Part shown: in pieces, positions 37,092 to 49,308 of the stretch | How positions within the stretch are numbered: position 1 is the first letter of the stretch | Layout: every line of letters starts with the position of its first letter | Assembly: GCF_006345805.1 (NCBI RefSeq) | Contig: NC_043001.1 | Location: 20,150,001-20,214,000 of the forward strand | DNA: 64,000 nucleotides | Direction: 5' to 3' | Origin: Octopus sinensis | Lineage: Eukaryota | Notes under the pieces: generated by a model | Told to the model about the DNA's origin: nothing | The model's database searches: none | What the model saw: the letters and a program-made list of their open reading frames with translations, nothing else | Position numbers and translations under genes: made by a program

Positions 37092-37860
37092 CATTATTTA
37101 CATTAGGATCTTTTCGGTTTGAACAGCAGTTTTTTCTAGCGGTGTCATATGAAATTGTCACCCATAATTATGACCCTAGTATCGATCTATTGCATTTCAA
37201 TCTGTTTTAAGGTTAGGGTTGGGGGGAAGAGTATCTTTTTTTCTTCACAAATATAAATAAACCCAATCTGTTTTTTAAACGAGAGACATATTCAGACGGC
37301 ACAGAATGTTTTCACCTCAATAGACGTCATTGATTGGTTGAAATTGCAGAAATTGAAGAAAAAAAACAACAAATATCTTACAAACCATAGAATCTTCTCA
37401 ATAAAGCCAAGAGAAAAAGATGTTTTATAAACACATTCTACCACTATACGAAGTTTAAAAAGTGTTTAGTTACGTGGAAATTATTTTAAAAACTGCCGTT
37501 CAAACAGAAAAGGTCCTTACATTATTTATATTTGACGGATATTTGCCCTCATCTTGTTAACACAATGTTTTAGCTGATATACCCTCCAGCCTTCTACAGG
37601 TGTCTTGGGGAAATTTCGAATCTGGGTTCTCTCTCATTCCTAAGGTATTTTTCGATATTATTATTGTTATTATTCAGGTCACTGCCTGGAATCGAACTCG
37701 GAATCTTGGGGTTACTAGCCTGTGCTCTTAGCCATTATGCCATATGAAGGTTGGAGGGTATATCAGCTGAAACGTTGTGTTAACAACAAACAAGATGAGG
37801 TCAAATATCCGTCAAATGTAAATAATGTACATAATTTCTCATCTCTTAAATATAGAACTG
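37092..37860 (-). mobile_element. Family D element plus inverted partial copy, interrupted by a hAT MITE
   Basis: TAGTCTGACTTAA duplicated at 37079-37091 and 37861-37873; inversion junction near 37745. Confidence 0.85.
37106..37516. mobile_element. hAT-type MITE, 8-bp TSD TTACATTA
   Basis: Same TIR and body as 24889 and 48895. Confidence 0.9.
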
Positions 37861-39423
37861 TAGTCTGACTTAAGTCGTAATTAATATACTGTTCACTATA
37901 CACATGATTAAAGGACTGTTTTTTATTAGTGAGTTACATTTTTCATTATCAAATCCATTTTTCTATTTTATGAAGCAAAAAGGGGAAAAAATGGAGCTTG
38001 AAGGTAAATTCCGACCATGCCAACACAGATGATTGGCTTGGATGGCATCCTTTCCATCAAACCGAAAGATTACATTCACAGATATTACTCACTAAACTCT
38101 TCAATCTCTCTTGGTCAACAGAAGGCTATTTTAATCTTTGGAAATACACTACAGGTGCAGGAGTAGCAGTGTGGTAAGAAGCTTGCTTTCCAACCACATG
38201 GTTCTAGGTTCAGTCCTACTGTGTAGCATCTTGAACGAGTGTCTTCTGCTACAGCCTTGGGCTAACCAAAACCTTGTGAGTGGATTTCGTAGATGGAAAC
38301 TGAAGGAAGCCCATCATCTGTGTGTGTGTATCAAGCAGTGGAGGAGGGGAAGTGCCTGCATGCACGTGCCCACCCCTCACTGCTTGACAATCTGTGTTGG
38401 TGTGTCTACATCTCTGTAACCTTGCAGCAGTTCAGCAAAAGACTGATAGAATAAGTGCAAAGCTTAAAAAAAAAATTTTTTTTAAAGTACTGGGGTTGGT
38501 TCATTTGACTAAAATTCAAGGTGGTGCCCCAGCATGGCCACAATCTAAAGACTGAAACAAGTAAAAGACACATTGCATCCCATCTCAAAAAAATGTCAAA
38601 CTCTATGACCTTGTCAACTACTATTCACTTTCAACATGCCCAAGGTAATAGAAACTGAACATGTAAACAACCATCGCCTTCAAATACACACACAGACTTT
38701 CTCTTTCTCTCTCTTTAGTGGTTACCTGTGTGGTTTCTGAAGAGTTAGGTCAACTAGATGCTTATTCTCCTGTAAAATTCCCTAATAGTTTCTTACCACA
38801 GAAAATTTTAGTAAAAGTAATGTTGTGACACTAAATACCCAGCAAAATCTTCAGAGATTGCTGGTGTTGATTGCTAGTTGTGAGTGCAGTCTATACCAAT
38901 CTCTCATTTCTAGGATTTGGAAGCTTCCTGCCGGATCACTCAAGTGTGTGCAGATGGAGCACTCCTCAAACGATACTCTATTACCTTTGATATACCTGAG
39001 GATCAGTAATGTCTCTTGCACCTTCCTTTCCCCACATCAATTCTGCTATTCTTATGCAGGTATACAACAATTAACTCATTGCAGAGTCACCAGCCACACA
39101 AACTAAACACCACCTGTCTGACATACACTGAGGGTGGGAGTTACTAAATTCATGATCATATGTAAATATCTTATTAAAATAGGAAAATACCAGGTAGAGA
39201 ACTTTACAATTACTTATGCAGTGCAGTACAATAGTGTTCCAATACATTACAAGTGGAAACTTGAGTTTTCTAGAGTTGATAAAAATAAGTAATAATGATA
39301 AAGCTAGAGTTCATTCAACTCAGCAGCCTTGACCCTTTAAACAGCACAAAGATTTAGTCACTATGCTCTAAATTTCACAATCTTTGATACCTCATACTGA
39401 AACATGTATACAATTGTCTATAG

Positions 39424-39625
39424 CAGTGCTTTTCAACCTTTTTTGCTGGAGCAGAACCCCAAGGAAACATTCCACTGGCTTGAGGAACCCCTGTGCAATA
39501 ATTTAATAGTCTTATGCACACATATCTGCACAGGAGAATTATAAATTACTGCCGATTTTAGCAGTTTTGTAACGTCTTGCGGAACCCCTGAACTGTACTG
39601 ATGGAACCCTGGTTGAAAACCACTG
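39424..39625. mobile_element. hAT (Charlie-like) MITE, 8-bp TSD GTCTATAG
   Basis: CAGTGCTTTTCAACC / GGTTGAAAACCACTG TIRs; exact TSD. Confidence 0.88.
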
Positions 39626-41824
39626 GTCTATAGTGCATGCCATTGATGAAAAGTGCTCCTAAGAGGTAGCAAATAATTCAACTCAGATTAATTGTTTATC
39701 TGCCACAAAGCAAAGCCAAAACCCCACATTGGAGGTACTGCTCATATCTCTATGTCACACTAACATCCTAGAGCAAATCCACCCCCACAAAAAAAAACTA
39801 TTGTGCTGATTCTTTTTCATTTGTTTCAGCCATTAGATTATGGCCATGCTGGGGCCACCACCTTGAAGAATTTTTAGTCAAATAAATCAATCCCAGTACT
39901 ATTTTTTTCTTTTTTAAGCCTGGTACATATTCTATCAGTTCCTTTTGTCAAACTGCTAAGTTACAGGGATGTAAACCCACCAACACTGGTTGTCAAGTGG
40001 TGGAGGACAAATACACACACAAACATGTGATGGGATTTTTTTTCAGTTTCTATCTACCAAATTTATGCAAGACTTTGGTCAGCCTGAAGCTATAGTAGAA
40101 GATACCTGCCCAAGGTGCCATGCAGTAGGACTGAACTAAAAGGCTTCATACCACACAACCACACCTGTATCTGATTGGTTAAGATTCAAACAAACTTTCT
40201 CACTCAGAGGCATTTACTTTTCTCTTCCTGCCTGTGTTACAGTGTATTACCTCCTAGACACCATTGCAATGTTAACCCTTTTTTTTTTTCCAATCCTTCT
40301 CCCCCTTGGATTTTTCTTTCCAGTCTATTTCTAAGCTCATCACCAACAGCATCACTCTTCATCTTTTCAGTTTGGGAGGTTTACAAAAGCCATGGACACT
40401 GCCCACCTCCTTTCTAATCATTATCATCATCATTTTAACATCCACTTTTCCATGCTTGCATGAGTTGGACAGAATTAGTTGAAGATTTTTTACAGCTAAA
40501 TGCCCTTCCTGCCACCAATCCTCACCTGTTTCCAAATAATAGTTCCCCATGACCAGACATGTTTTTACAGAAAATTCAAAGCAGACGCTTCAATTTGTAT
40601 GGCAGTAACTCTCATTTTCAACCGTCACATATAATGTAAAGACAAAGAAACACACACATACATTTCACTTAGTCTACTAAAACCTTGGGATTGAACCTGA
40701 AACCATGTGAATGAGAAGCAAACATCTTAACCACACAGCCATGCCCACACCTATTACACTATTTCTAAGAAGGTTTGATTATTTCATATATCATGCCAAA
40801 CGAACACCTGATAATTTAATAGAAATGTTGGCATCCATCACTGGCCTTGTACTTCATCCAGAGCTCATATATTTCAATCTTAATGATTCAGTTTATGAAG
40901 CTTGTAATTAATTACTAAATTGTATATAAGATGGCATACTAGTGAAACTAACGAACAGTGCAAATCTGATCAGTGTTTCATTTGTCTGTGGCCCAAAGTT
41001 AAATAATCTTGTATCCTACTTAGCTTAATACAAACCTTAATTAAGAACTAATCCAATGAATTCCTAAAGTTCACTAAAGATTAACAAAGAATAATTGGTA
41101 AGAGGAATTAATGACCATTAAAATCTAATTTAGTTAAATGCATGTAAAATCTGTGTAAGATTTGAGTGAAAAGAATTTACTTTATGAAAATAATACATAA
41201 TTTATATAATAGGCACATGTGCTCAAGAAATTTGCTTTACAACACGATTCAGGGACCAACATTATTGCATGAAACCTTGGGCAATGTCTTCTAGTGGGGT
41301 TTCAGGTTGATCAATAAACTGAATAGGAAATTTGGCACACAAACTGTGGAAGTTTCATTTGTATCTTTCAATGGAAATTGTAGTTGTGATACCAGTGCCG
41401 GTGGCACATAAAAAGCACCAACTGATCGTGGGCGTTGCCAGCCTCGCCTGGCACGTAAAAAGCACCCACTACACTCATGGAGTGGTTGGCATTAGGAAGG
41501 GCATCCAGCTGTAGAAACACTGCCAGTTCAGACTGGGCCTGGTGCAGCCTCTTTGCTTCCCAGAGCCCAGTCGAACCGTCCAACCCATGCTAGCATGGAA
41601 AGCGGATGTTAAACGATGATGATGACATAAACTAAATCATTTTCAATAGGACTTGAATATAAAGCTATATTTAATAGCATGTAGAATATTGGGTTAGAAA
41701 ATCCTTGGATAGAAAATGTCAATGGCTGGAGAAGTTCCACCATTAAAAATGTTTTATTTCATCTCTCTCAAAGTTTCTGAATTCTAATAATGTAAGCATA
41801 ATTTATAGGTATGTGTGTGTATAC

Positions 41825-41864
<40 letters not shown>

Positions 41865-42116
41865 TATAAAATAAGTACTAGACTGAAATAAGTATTGTGG
41901 CTTCCAATATGATCAGGTAAAACCAATGATAATGAAGCCCTATCAAGACTGAAGTCCAATGGCTGAAACTAGAATAAGATAAGGTTAAAATTAGTAACTA
42001 CTAAACAGCTGTTAAAAGTGTGGGTTTGAATATGAATTGGGAGATAGCTATTCTCAACTTCTAAATGATTATATAATCAATAGGCATCAGTATTTAATAC
42101 TGGATCAGATACTAGA

Positions 42117-42590
42117 GTCAAAGTCATATTCCGAACGCCTTACTTCATGGGCCTGGACACATTGAAACTCCGATGTCTGGCAGCTGACTTGGCAGACACC
42201 CATAAAATTATTAACCATCTTACTAACAATAACTCTGAGCACCTTTTCAAACTCCATCTGTCTAACACCCGTGGACATGTTTACAAAGTCAGAAAACAGC
42301 ACAGCTCCCATGACTTTCGGAAACGTTTTTTCACGCTAAGAGTTGCTGAAGCATGGAACAAACTGCCGGCATCAGTTGTTAGTTGTCGGAGCACTGCATC
42401 CTTCAAAACTTCCATGCTTCCTGAGATTCGCCAACACTACACCTGATTTTCTCCCCTCCATACACATGCAAGCATGTATCTGACTCGTACACTGTTCACT
42501 TCCCAGACATTTGTACATTACTGCATATGCTTTATACGCACTTTTGACAAGTTGTGGTGCACCTGAGCACCATATACAATAATTTCATAA
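42117..42590 (+). mobile_element. CR1-type LINE 3' end, 5'-truncated
   Basis: NTRGHVYKVRK...RKRFFTLRVAEAWNKLPASVV...FK is the CR1 ORF2 C-terminal pattern, followed by 3' UTR. Confidence 0.88.
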
Positions 42591-43833
42591 TTATTAAAAA
42601 AACACCTTAATTACAATAATTACTTTTGTGTATGTAATAGGTTTCGTTTATTTCCTTTAATTAAAGGGGCTAGAAAATATTTTAATAACTATCAGGAGTT
42701 ATAAAAAAAATTTGACATAAACTAAAATTTAAATAAAACAGAAACTGTTGCTGTTATACAGAGTAGTATTTAGTTGTGTTTTGATTTCAAATCCCACTAA
42801 GATCAACGTTACTTCTGACCCTTCAGGGGGAGGAGATGGAGAGGAGAAAATACACATCAGATATGTAAACAATCATACCACCAAAACAAAATTTACAGAA
42901 AAACTAATTATTTCTAATTTAGGGACAAGCCCAGGAGAAGGAATATAGCTGACAACATCAACCCCAGTACTTAATGGGTACATTATATTATCAACCCCAA
43001 AAGGATGAAAAGCAAAGCTGACCTTGATGGAATTGAACTCAGAATGTACAGAGCCAGAAAAAGTATTATACTCTCTTTTACTTGTTTCAGTCATTTGACT
43101 GTGGCCATGCTGGAACACCGCCTTTAGTCGAGTAAACCGACCCCAGGACTTATTCTTTGTAAGCCTAGTACTTATTCTATCAGTCTCTTTAGCCGAACTG
43201 CTAAGTTACGGGGACGTAAACACACCAGCATCGGTTGTCAAGCGATGTTGGAGGGACAAACACACACACACACATACATACGACAGGCTTCTTTCAGTTT
43301 CCGCCTACCAAATCCACTCACAAGGCTTTGGTCAGCCCGAGGCTATAGTAGAAGACACTTGCCCAAGATGGTATGCAGTGGGACTGAACCCGGAACCATG
43401 TGGTCCGTAAGCAAGCTACCTACCACACAGCCACTCCTACGCCTATATTATCATCAATTACCCAATGCTATAATGATTTTGTCAATCCATGACACTCAAA
43501 AAGTGTAACTTCTCTATTTAGTACAACAGTTTCATTGAATTATTGAATATACAATAACGACATTTCATTAATAATAAAATTCACTCAATACTTTCTGGTA
43601 GATTCAGTTGTGAATATCTGATCGCTGTTGTTTGCCATTGGAGAACATTTCCCTTAAGATGATGTGTGGCCACAACACATGCAATTTATCTTGAATGGAT
43701 ACCTTATCATTTGAATTCTTACTGGTCTGCATGTTCATTAAATTATTTAAATAATGGAGAATTTGTTTAACCATTTATGATTATATTCCCACTGAAATGT
43801 ACTGTCTTTGAGTTTCAGTTACTTATGAAAATA

Positions 43834-44347
43834 CTATAAATCCTCGAGTATAATCCGCATTTGCCCCCAAAAAATTTAAAGTTCAAAATCCCTAGTGCGT
43901 ACTATATACGAGGTTAAAAATGAATATCATTTTCTAAGCAATGTCCAAGTCTCTATTTGCTGTCTGGCAAGGTTTATTCAGACGCATTTTGTGATGTCAG
44001 GCGCAAAAAAACCTTAAGCTAAGCCTGAAAGCAATGAAGTCATAAAAGAATCATCCATAACTTGCAGTAAGCAACATTTATTAAATGTTATTACTGTTAT
44101 TTCTTTACTTTCTGCAAACAAAAATGCACAAAAAAGCTACACGTTTGCATTATGCTATATATATAATAATAATAAAGGACGTTACCGTATACATTTTTAC
44201 AAACCAAGGACATTATATAGACCTCCTTGACTCAAGTTAGAGAAGGGGTGCGTATTATACACAAGGTTTAGGTTTTTCAAAGGTTCAGCCCTCTAAAAAT
44301 CCCCTGCGTATTATACTCAAGAGCGGACTATACTCGAGGATTTACGG
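43834..44347. mobile_element. pogo/Tc1-type MITE
   Basis: TA|CTATAAATCCTCGAGTATAATCCGC ... GCGGACTATACTCGAGGATTTACGG|TA. Confidence 0.82.
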
Positions 44348-44589
44348 TAATTAAGAAATGAGGAATCAAGTAAAATAATTTTTTTCATAGTTAAGGTGGT
44401 GTTCGTACTATATCATCATTATTATGATGGAAGGTTTTAATCTGAATATGGATGCTTTAAAAATGCTTTGTCTCATAAAACTAAAAGCTTTTTTTATTTA
44501 TTATTATTTAACATGCTGGGTCTAGCGGTTGGAGCAACGGCCATGGCCTTTGTAGACTCAAGACCACCAGTAAGACAGATGCTGTTTAA

Positions 44590-44809
44590 CCCTTTAGTGT
44601 TCAGATTATTTTATCAAACATAATGCCTATTGATTCCCATTGATTCGAATTAATCATGCATTATCTCATATCTTCAAGATCTTGATGGTGTAATTACTTA
44701 TAGTAGAATAACATTGTAGGGTAGGTGTGAGAGCCTGGATCTGGCCAGTTTGAACATAAAACAGGTAGAATACTTTTGGCCGGATATGGCCGGTTTAAAT
44801 ACTAAAGGG
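44590..44809. mobile_element. piggyBac-like MITE, second family
   Basis: TTAA|CCCTTTAG...CTAAAGGG|TTAA; copies at 52492-52711, near 47735-47940 (decayed) and 18695-19145 (split). Confidence 0.82.
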
Positions 44810-46768
44810 TTAAACTGTTGCAAGCCAACAGCTGCAGGAAAGACATGAGCAGGGAAGGGATTTCAAGGGGAACCAATGTTCTGGAGGGGAAAAAAAAAAA
44901 ATCGAGCTGAGTGGTTAGTGCAGTGCCTGTGAAGTTGAACACAAAAGTGATGAGGGAAGGAAAAATATGTGGGCCAAAAGTGCATGAAAGGAGGAAGTAC
45001 AAGACCAGACAACTCCAAGGAATAGGGGCCATTATAGTAGTCCTAGGAAAGGCAGAGAGAAGAGACAACACACTTGTGTTTAGCAAGGGCTGGAGCATCG
45101 CTGTGAGTGAGTTGGTATCAAGAAGTGTTATTACTTAATCAAAGTTAAGCCAGCAGAAACAGTACTTTGGACAGAATGCTTAGCAGCATTTCTTCCAGTT
45201 CCTTATGTTTTGAGTTCAAATTCTGCCAAGGTCAACTTTGCCTTTCATCTTCTCAGGGGTTGATAAAAATGTGTACCAGTCAATCACTGGAGGGTGATAT
45301 AATTGACTTGCTCCCACCTCTCAGAATTGCTGGCCTTGTGTTAAAATTGGAATTATTTAATCAGAGAAAAATGAGTAGGGGTCACGACTTTCACTGTCCT
45401 CCTTAAAGTAATAGGCTAATGCTCAGTTTCAGCTTCCAAGATTAATCATTATATAATGTCCGTTGTCCATGCTGGCACGGGTTGGATGGTTTGATCAGAG
45501 CTGGTAAGCTGAGGGGTTGCACCAGACCCCAGTCTGATTTGGCATGGTTTTCATGGCTAGATGCCCTTCCTAATGCCAACCATTCCAAGGGTGTAATGGT
45601 TACCTTTATGTGCTACCAGCACAGGTGCCAGTTGCATGACACCAGCATCTGCCACGACTATGATTTCACTTGGCTTGATGGGTCATCTCAAGCATGAGAG
45701 TGAGTTTTAATTGATTACAGTTCTGGAGCAGCCTGCAAGTTCAGACAAGCAGAAACTAGTGCCGTAGTAGTTATGTAACTTCAGATCAGACTTAAGATCG
45801 AAGGCAGTTTAACCACAATGATCTCACGTTTTTGTATATCTAGGACATCATTTTCTCATGTATCCCTCACATGTCAAGGTGGAGTGTGATTTGAAGAAGA
45901 TTTTGTTGAGAATAACAAGCAGATCAAGCGATTACATAGAGATTCTTTAGTTTGGCTCACCCAGGAAACAGTAGGCTAGTGGTTACAGGTCTTAACTAAT
46001 CACCAATTGGATGAAACTTTTTACAGGATGTTGTCTTATGCCTGTGAGAATGTGTGTAACAACAGCAGTTGTAGATTCATGAATACTACTTTGTGAGTTC
46101 CACTCAGAACTTGTAAGATGTCAATATAAGAAGAAACTTAATCCGATGCTGTTTTTGCAAGGCTACATACGAAAGGTTGCCATAAAGATCAGAAGTTAGG
46201 TTGTGAAACATAGCATTTGCAGTGACTTTAATGGGTTTAGCCATAGTTTCGTTCACGAGAAGGAAAAGTGTAGTGCATTGCTATTTCTTTGACATGATTC
46301 GAGTGTGTAAAATGATTCAAGCGAGGTCGTTGCCAGTATCGCCTGACTGGCCCCCGTGCCGGTGGCACATAAAAAGCACCCACTACACTCTCGGAGTGGT
46401 TGGCATTAAGAAGGGCATCTAGCTGTAGAAACTCTACCAGATCAAGATTGGAGCCTGGTGCAGCCATCTGGTTCACCAGCCCTCAGTCAAAATCGTCCAA
46501 CCCATGCTAGCATGGAAAGCAGACGTTAAACGATGATGATGATGATGTGTACTGATTGCATTTTCATAATAATGAAGGAGATTATGTTTTTGTGTTTCAT
46601 TCTTCTATCCAGGAAAGTTTCCAAGATTGTTGCTCCTATTAGCAAAAGTAGAATAACAGCAAGAATGTTGTAAAAACTAAAAGCAAAAAACTGCTCAACT
46701 GTTAAGAGGGTACAATATCCATGGAAAAAATGCACCCATTAAAAAGAAAAATAAATTCCCATAAAATA

Positions 46769-47560
46769 CAAGGGTTGATCTGAAAGTAATGCAAAAGTGA
46801 GCATAAGTTTTTTATTAACTGACATAACTCATTCGATTTGCACATGTTGGTAAAGCAACTATTCTTTCTGTTCATTTTTATTGCAGGCAAATAATGGGTT
46901 CCAAGTAGAAGCAATGTGCCATTATTGAGTTCTTGACTAAGGAGGGGTACATCATCATCATTGTTTAATGTCCACTTTCCATGCTAGCATGGGTTGGATG
47001 ATTTTGACTGAGGGCTGGCGAACCAGATGGCTGCACCAGGCTCCAATCTTGATCTGGCAGAGTTTCTACTGCTACAAGCTGCCATTATTGAGTTCTTGAC
47101 AAAGGAGGGGTACAAGCTGCCTGACATCGAAAGAAGGCTATAATTTGCTTACAAAGATCACATTATGGATGAAGTTTAAAGAGTAAACCAACATTGAAGA
47201 TAATCCACTCAGTGTAACTACTGGCATGAATCACCAGCAAATGAATGAATTGTATTGCCAGAAGCAGATTAAATCCCTATTTGGCAACTTGCTGCACAGC
47301 TGGACAGTGGTCACCCTACTTTTACAGAAGATGGTGGAAAACTTGGGGCATCAGGGATTTGAAAGAGAGAAAGGCAGAAATCTGTTCTGATTTGCTGGAA
47401 GCATTTGAAGCTAATGAAAACATTTCTTCCTGATCTGGTGACAGGAGTGAAACATGGCTGTATCCTATATCCTTTTGATCAGAAACAACTTCCAGTGGGG
47501 GGATGACAACACAACCTCCTTCAACAACATTAAAATACAAGCACTACAAGACTGTATTAA
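46769..47560 (+). mobile_element. Decayed mariner transposon, 5' part
   Basis: TA|CAAGGGTTGATCTGAAAGTAATGC mariner-like TIR; AIIEFLTKEGYKLPDIERRL HTH start; frameshifted remnant of VTGDETW; right boundary uncertain. Confidence 0.65.
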
Positions 47561-48029
47561 GGAAACAATCTTAGAACACAAATTTCCTTGCTCATGAAAA
47601 CAGTTAAAGATCTTCAAGCTGTTACAAACTCATCAATCTGATTTCTTTATGTCAAATAAAAAACATTGGAAAACTGTATTGTAACAGCTTCTTCAGCCTT
47701 CATCTCACTAAAAAGTACAAGTGTGATCTACATTAACCATTTAGCATTCAGATTACTCTGTCAAATGTAATGCTTATTTATTCACATTACTTTGAATTAA
47801 TCAGGTTATCATCTTGCAGCTTTGAGATTTTGATATGATTGTATATTTTTAGGATAATTTAGAGTAAGAGCCTGGATCTGGCCAGTTCAAACATAAAACA
47901 AGTAGAAAATTTTGGCCAGAGATGGCCAGTTTAAATGCTAGAATAATTTATCTAGGAGAATCAACAGTCAAATTCTCCAAATTTGGAAGCTGTACAAAAG
48001 CAACAAAAACAAAAACAAATGATGTAACA

Positions 48030-48660
48030 TGGACCCCACCTCTTGTGTGCACCCTCAAAAATTCTAGAAAAACTAATACATAAATAACATCTTTAACCCC
48101 TTTCATACCCAACCCTCATCTAAACTAAAATACACAAAAGCCACCGAACTAATGAATCTAACACAAAGGATACATGATGGCTTCAAAAACAAAAAGACTT
48201 CCCACTCATACCATTCTAACTACCATTGACATAAGTAATGCTTTTGCCTTATTCCTTGCTAGCTCCTTATTCATAAGATAAAAAACATCTTAAAAAACAA
48301 TACAAAACACTAGCAAGAAAATCATTTGCGACACAAGTTTAATTATTGTATAAGAACAACACGTTCAGAATATGCAATTTCCAGAATGTAATATTCCAGG
48401 CATCTGTCCTCTCACCCACATTTTCAATCTAGACTTACACAATCTTCCCATTATCTCCTCAAAACATGTACATTTTTATATGCAGGTGATATCTCACTCA
48501 TTCAGACACTTCCTATACAAATACTCTAACCTAACATAAATCGCCAACAAATCTTGCTTCAAAATAACAGACACCAAATACACTTTCTCCCTTCTTACCA
48601 GCAACATCATCAAATACAACTAACCATTAGACTCAACAACATAAACACAGAGGAAACAAT
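48030..48660 (+). mobile_element. Degraded LINE reverse transcriptase (I/Nimb/Jockey-like)
   Basis: Frameshifted remnants LKILEKL, ELMNLTQRIHDGFK, TTIDISNAF, QASVLSP, YAGDI. Confidence 0.65.
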
Positions 48661-48894
48661 AATACTAGCAACTACAAGGGTGGTGGGGAAGTGAAAAATT
48701 ATCCATACTTTCACCATAACATATCTTTATTATTGTCACACTGACTTCAGCACAGGCGTGCTTATAGTTGGTACTATTGTGGTCAAGTGGTCAATGTTTG
48801 AGCCTGATCGCACCATTTTTCTTTCTTACTTTACAATGTAAGCATGCTTGCTTCATTAGCAATGTGCACCAAAGAAGAACAAAGAACAATGATA

Positions 48895-49308
48895 GGATCT
48901 TTTCGGTTTGAACGGCAGTTTTTTAAAATAATTTCCACGTAACTAAACACTTTTAAACTTCGTATACTGGTAGAATGTGTTTATAAAACATCTTTTTCTC
49001 TTGGCTTTATTGAGAAAATTCTATAGTTTGTAAGATATTTGTTGTTTTTTTTCTTCTTCAATTTCTGCAATTTCAACCAATCAATGACGTCTATTGAGGT
49101 GAAAACATTCTGGGCCGTATGAATATGTCCCTCGTTTAAGAAACAGATTGGGTTTATTTACATTTCTGAAGAAAAAAAGATACCCTTCCCCCCACCCCTA
49201 ACCCTAAAACAGATTGAAATGCAATAGATCGATACTAGGGTCATAATTATGGGTGACAATTTCATATGACACCGCTACAAAAAACTGCCGTTCAAACTGA
49301 AAAGATCC
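48895..49308. mobile_element. hAT-type MITE, 8-bp TSD CAATGATA
   Basis: Third copy of the 24889 family, in the opposite orientation. Confidence 0.9.

Noticed and set aside
38092-38124. Possible short exon PSVDQERLKSL with a GTGAGT donor (also a candidate near 52290-52412)
   Set aside because: Weak acceptor or donor and no independent support; upstream coding exons cannot be established by eye.
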